From contig CAVVKJ010000006.1 of assembly GCA_963748815.1 (NCBI GenBank), forward strand, positions 32,001 through 96,000: DNA of 64,000 nucleotides, read 5' to 3'. Positions 62,951-64,000 of this stretch are shown in pieces; within the stretch, counting starts at the first letter, position 1, and each line of letters begins with the position of its first letter. The position numbers and the translations under genes were made by a program. The stretch comes from an uncultured Gemmatimonadales bacterium (GTDB lineage Bacteria > Gemmatimonadota > Gemmatimonadetes > Gemmatimonadales > GWC2-71-9). Under the pieces are notes generated by a model. The model was given only the letters and a program-made list of their open reading frames with translations. It did not search any database and was not told the DNA's origin.

Positions 62951-64000
62951 GCGACCATGGCCGAGCCGCGATTCTCGATCCGCTCGCGCCGTGCGTGCAC
63001 TGCGGCTTCTGCCTTCCGGCCTGCCCGACCTACCTCGCCACCGGCGACGAGAACGACAGCCCGCGCGGCCGCATCGTCCTCATGCGGGCCATGGCCACCG
63101 GCGCAGTCGCTCCGACCGATGCCGCGCTCGGCAATCACCTGGATCGCTGCCTGGGCTGCCGCGGCTGCGAGCCCGCCTGCCCATCAGGAGTGTCCTACGG
63201 CGCGGGTCTCGCCGCCGCACGCCACGCGCTCGTGGAAGCCCGGGGACTCCCCTGGGCGGCCCGGATGATCCTAGCCATCTTCTCGACCCCGATGCTCTGG
63301 CGTCCGCTGCTCACCCTCGCCCGCTGGTTCCGCTCCACCGGCATCCCCCGCGCCCTCGCGGGGAATGGCCGCATCGGCTTCTCGATGGGCATGCTCGCTG
63401 CATCTGCCCCCGTGCCCCGCAGCCCCGCGGCCCCGCTGACTGGCCCCGCGGCCCCGCGGCCCCGCCCCACGGTGGCCCTCTTCACCGGCTGCGTGATGGA
63501 CACCCTCTTCCCGCATGTGCACGGCGCCGCCCGGCGAACGCTTGAAGCCAACGGCTATCGAGTCGTCGAGGTGCGGGGCCAGGAATGCTGCGGGGCGCTG
63601 CACGAGCACGCGGGGGACCACATTGGGGCGACGACGCTCGCGTTCCGGAACGTCGCAGCGTTTGCGGGTGCCGCGGATTTCATCGCCGTGGACAGCGCCG
63701 GCTGCGGCGCCCTCCTGAAGGAATACGGCCGCCTCCTCGGCACCGAGGCCGCAGCCGAATTTGCGGACCGGGTCAAGGATGTCACCGAACTGCTCGCGGC
63801 GAAGGGACCTCGGGCCGCCGGGCCGCTCGCCGGCGAGGTCGTCTATGACGCCCCCTGTCACCTCCAGCACGCCCAGGGAGTCCAGACCGCACCACTGGCG
63901 GTGCTCGAGGCCATCGAGGGCATCCGCCTCCGCCAGCTGCCGGGTGCGGATCGCTGTTGCGGCAGCGCCGGCATCTATTCGATCCTCGAGCCCGCCCTCT
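62947..64000 (+). CDS. glcF: Glycolate oxidase iron-sulfur subunit GlcF-like, runs off the window
   Basis: Own translation from GTG 62947: CVHCGFCLPACPTY...SPRGRI...CLGCRGCEPACPSGV...CCGALH...HLQHAQG...CCGSAGIY. Confidence 0.9.
   Translation, partial: MSDHGRAAILDPLAPCVHCGFCLPACPTYLATGDENDSPRGRIVLMRAMATGAVAPTDAALGNHLDRCLGCRGCEPACPSGVSYGAGLAAARHALVEARGLPWAARMILAIFSTPMLWRPLLTLARWFRSTGIPRALAGNGRIGFSMGMLAASAPVPRSPAAPLTGPAAPRPRPTVALFTGCVMDTLFPHVHGAARRTLEANGYRVVEVRGQECCGALHEHAGDHIGATTLAFRNVAAFAGAADFIAVDSAGCGALLKEYGRLLGTEAAAEFADRVKDVTELLAAKGPRAAGPLAGEVVYDAPCHLQHAQGVQTAPLAVLEAIEGIRLRQLPGADRCCGSAGIYSILEPAL
63407..63465 (-). repeat. Intragenic CCCCGCNN 8-bp-period repeats in the glcF linker
   Basis: ccccgc at 63415, 63423, 63431 and again at 63444, 63452, 63460. 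Confidence 0.7.

Overview
High-GC (about 70% by eye), gene-dense core-chromosome segment of a diderm bacterium. Gene order and content suggest Gemmatimonadota (inference). It holds about 55 CDS: PBP1A, tyrS, a DUF853/HerA-like ATPase, a patatin-ferredoxin fusion, an LPS/surface-glycan cluster containing a PorX-like REC-PglZ protein, a long yebC-ruvCAB-queA-tgt-yajC-def-fmt-tenI/thiE-thiS-thiG-rsmB-PASTA-rpe-tlpA-tsaD-lgt run, a converging Omp85-tamB-lipid kinase-sensor kinase-sigma54 regulator-...-acpS-cytochrome c/FTR1 run, peptide ABC genes, dacB, an fprA-like reductase, a PduO-type adenosyltransferase, aroB, a sigma70-family factor and glcDEF. I recognised no tRNA, rRNA, CRISPR array, transposase or prophage. 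The most notable unexplained signals are: (1) a candidate sigma54-transcribed structured small RNA (~33556-33707) with an IHF-like site, a possible enhancer dyad and a terminator; (2) a GTAAC-N17-GTTAC dyad shared by two AT-rich islands, one also carrying phased DnaA-box-like sites; (3) two small Cys-rich proteins missing from the ORF track; (4) three short-repeat families, including an 8-bp repeat lying inside queA, tgt and glcF without breaking frame; (5) nine genes with a TANNNT -10 element 5-9 nt before the start codon (probable leaderless mRNAs). Five frameshifts look like assembly errors; two of them create false fusions.
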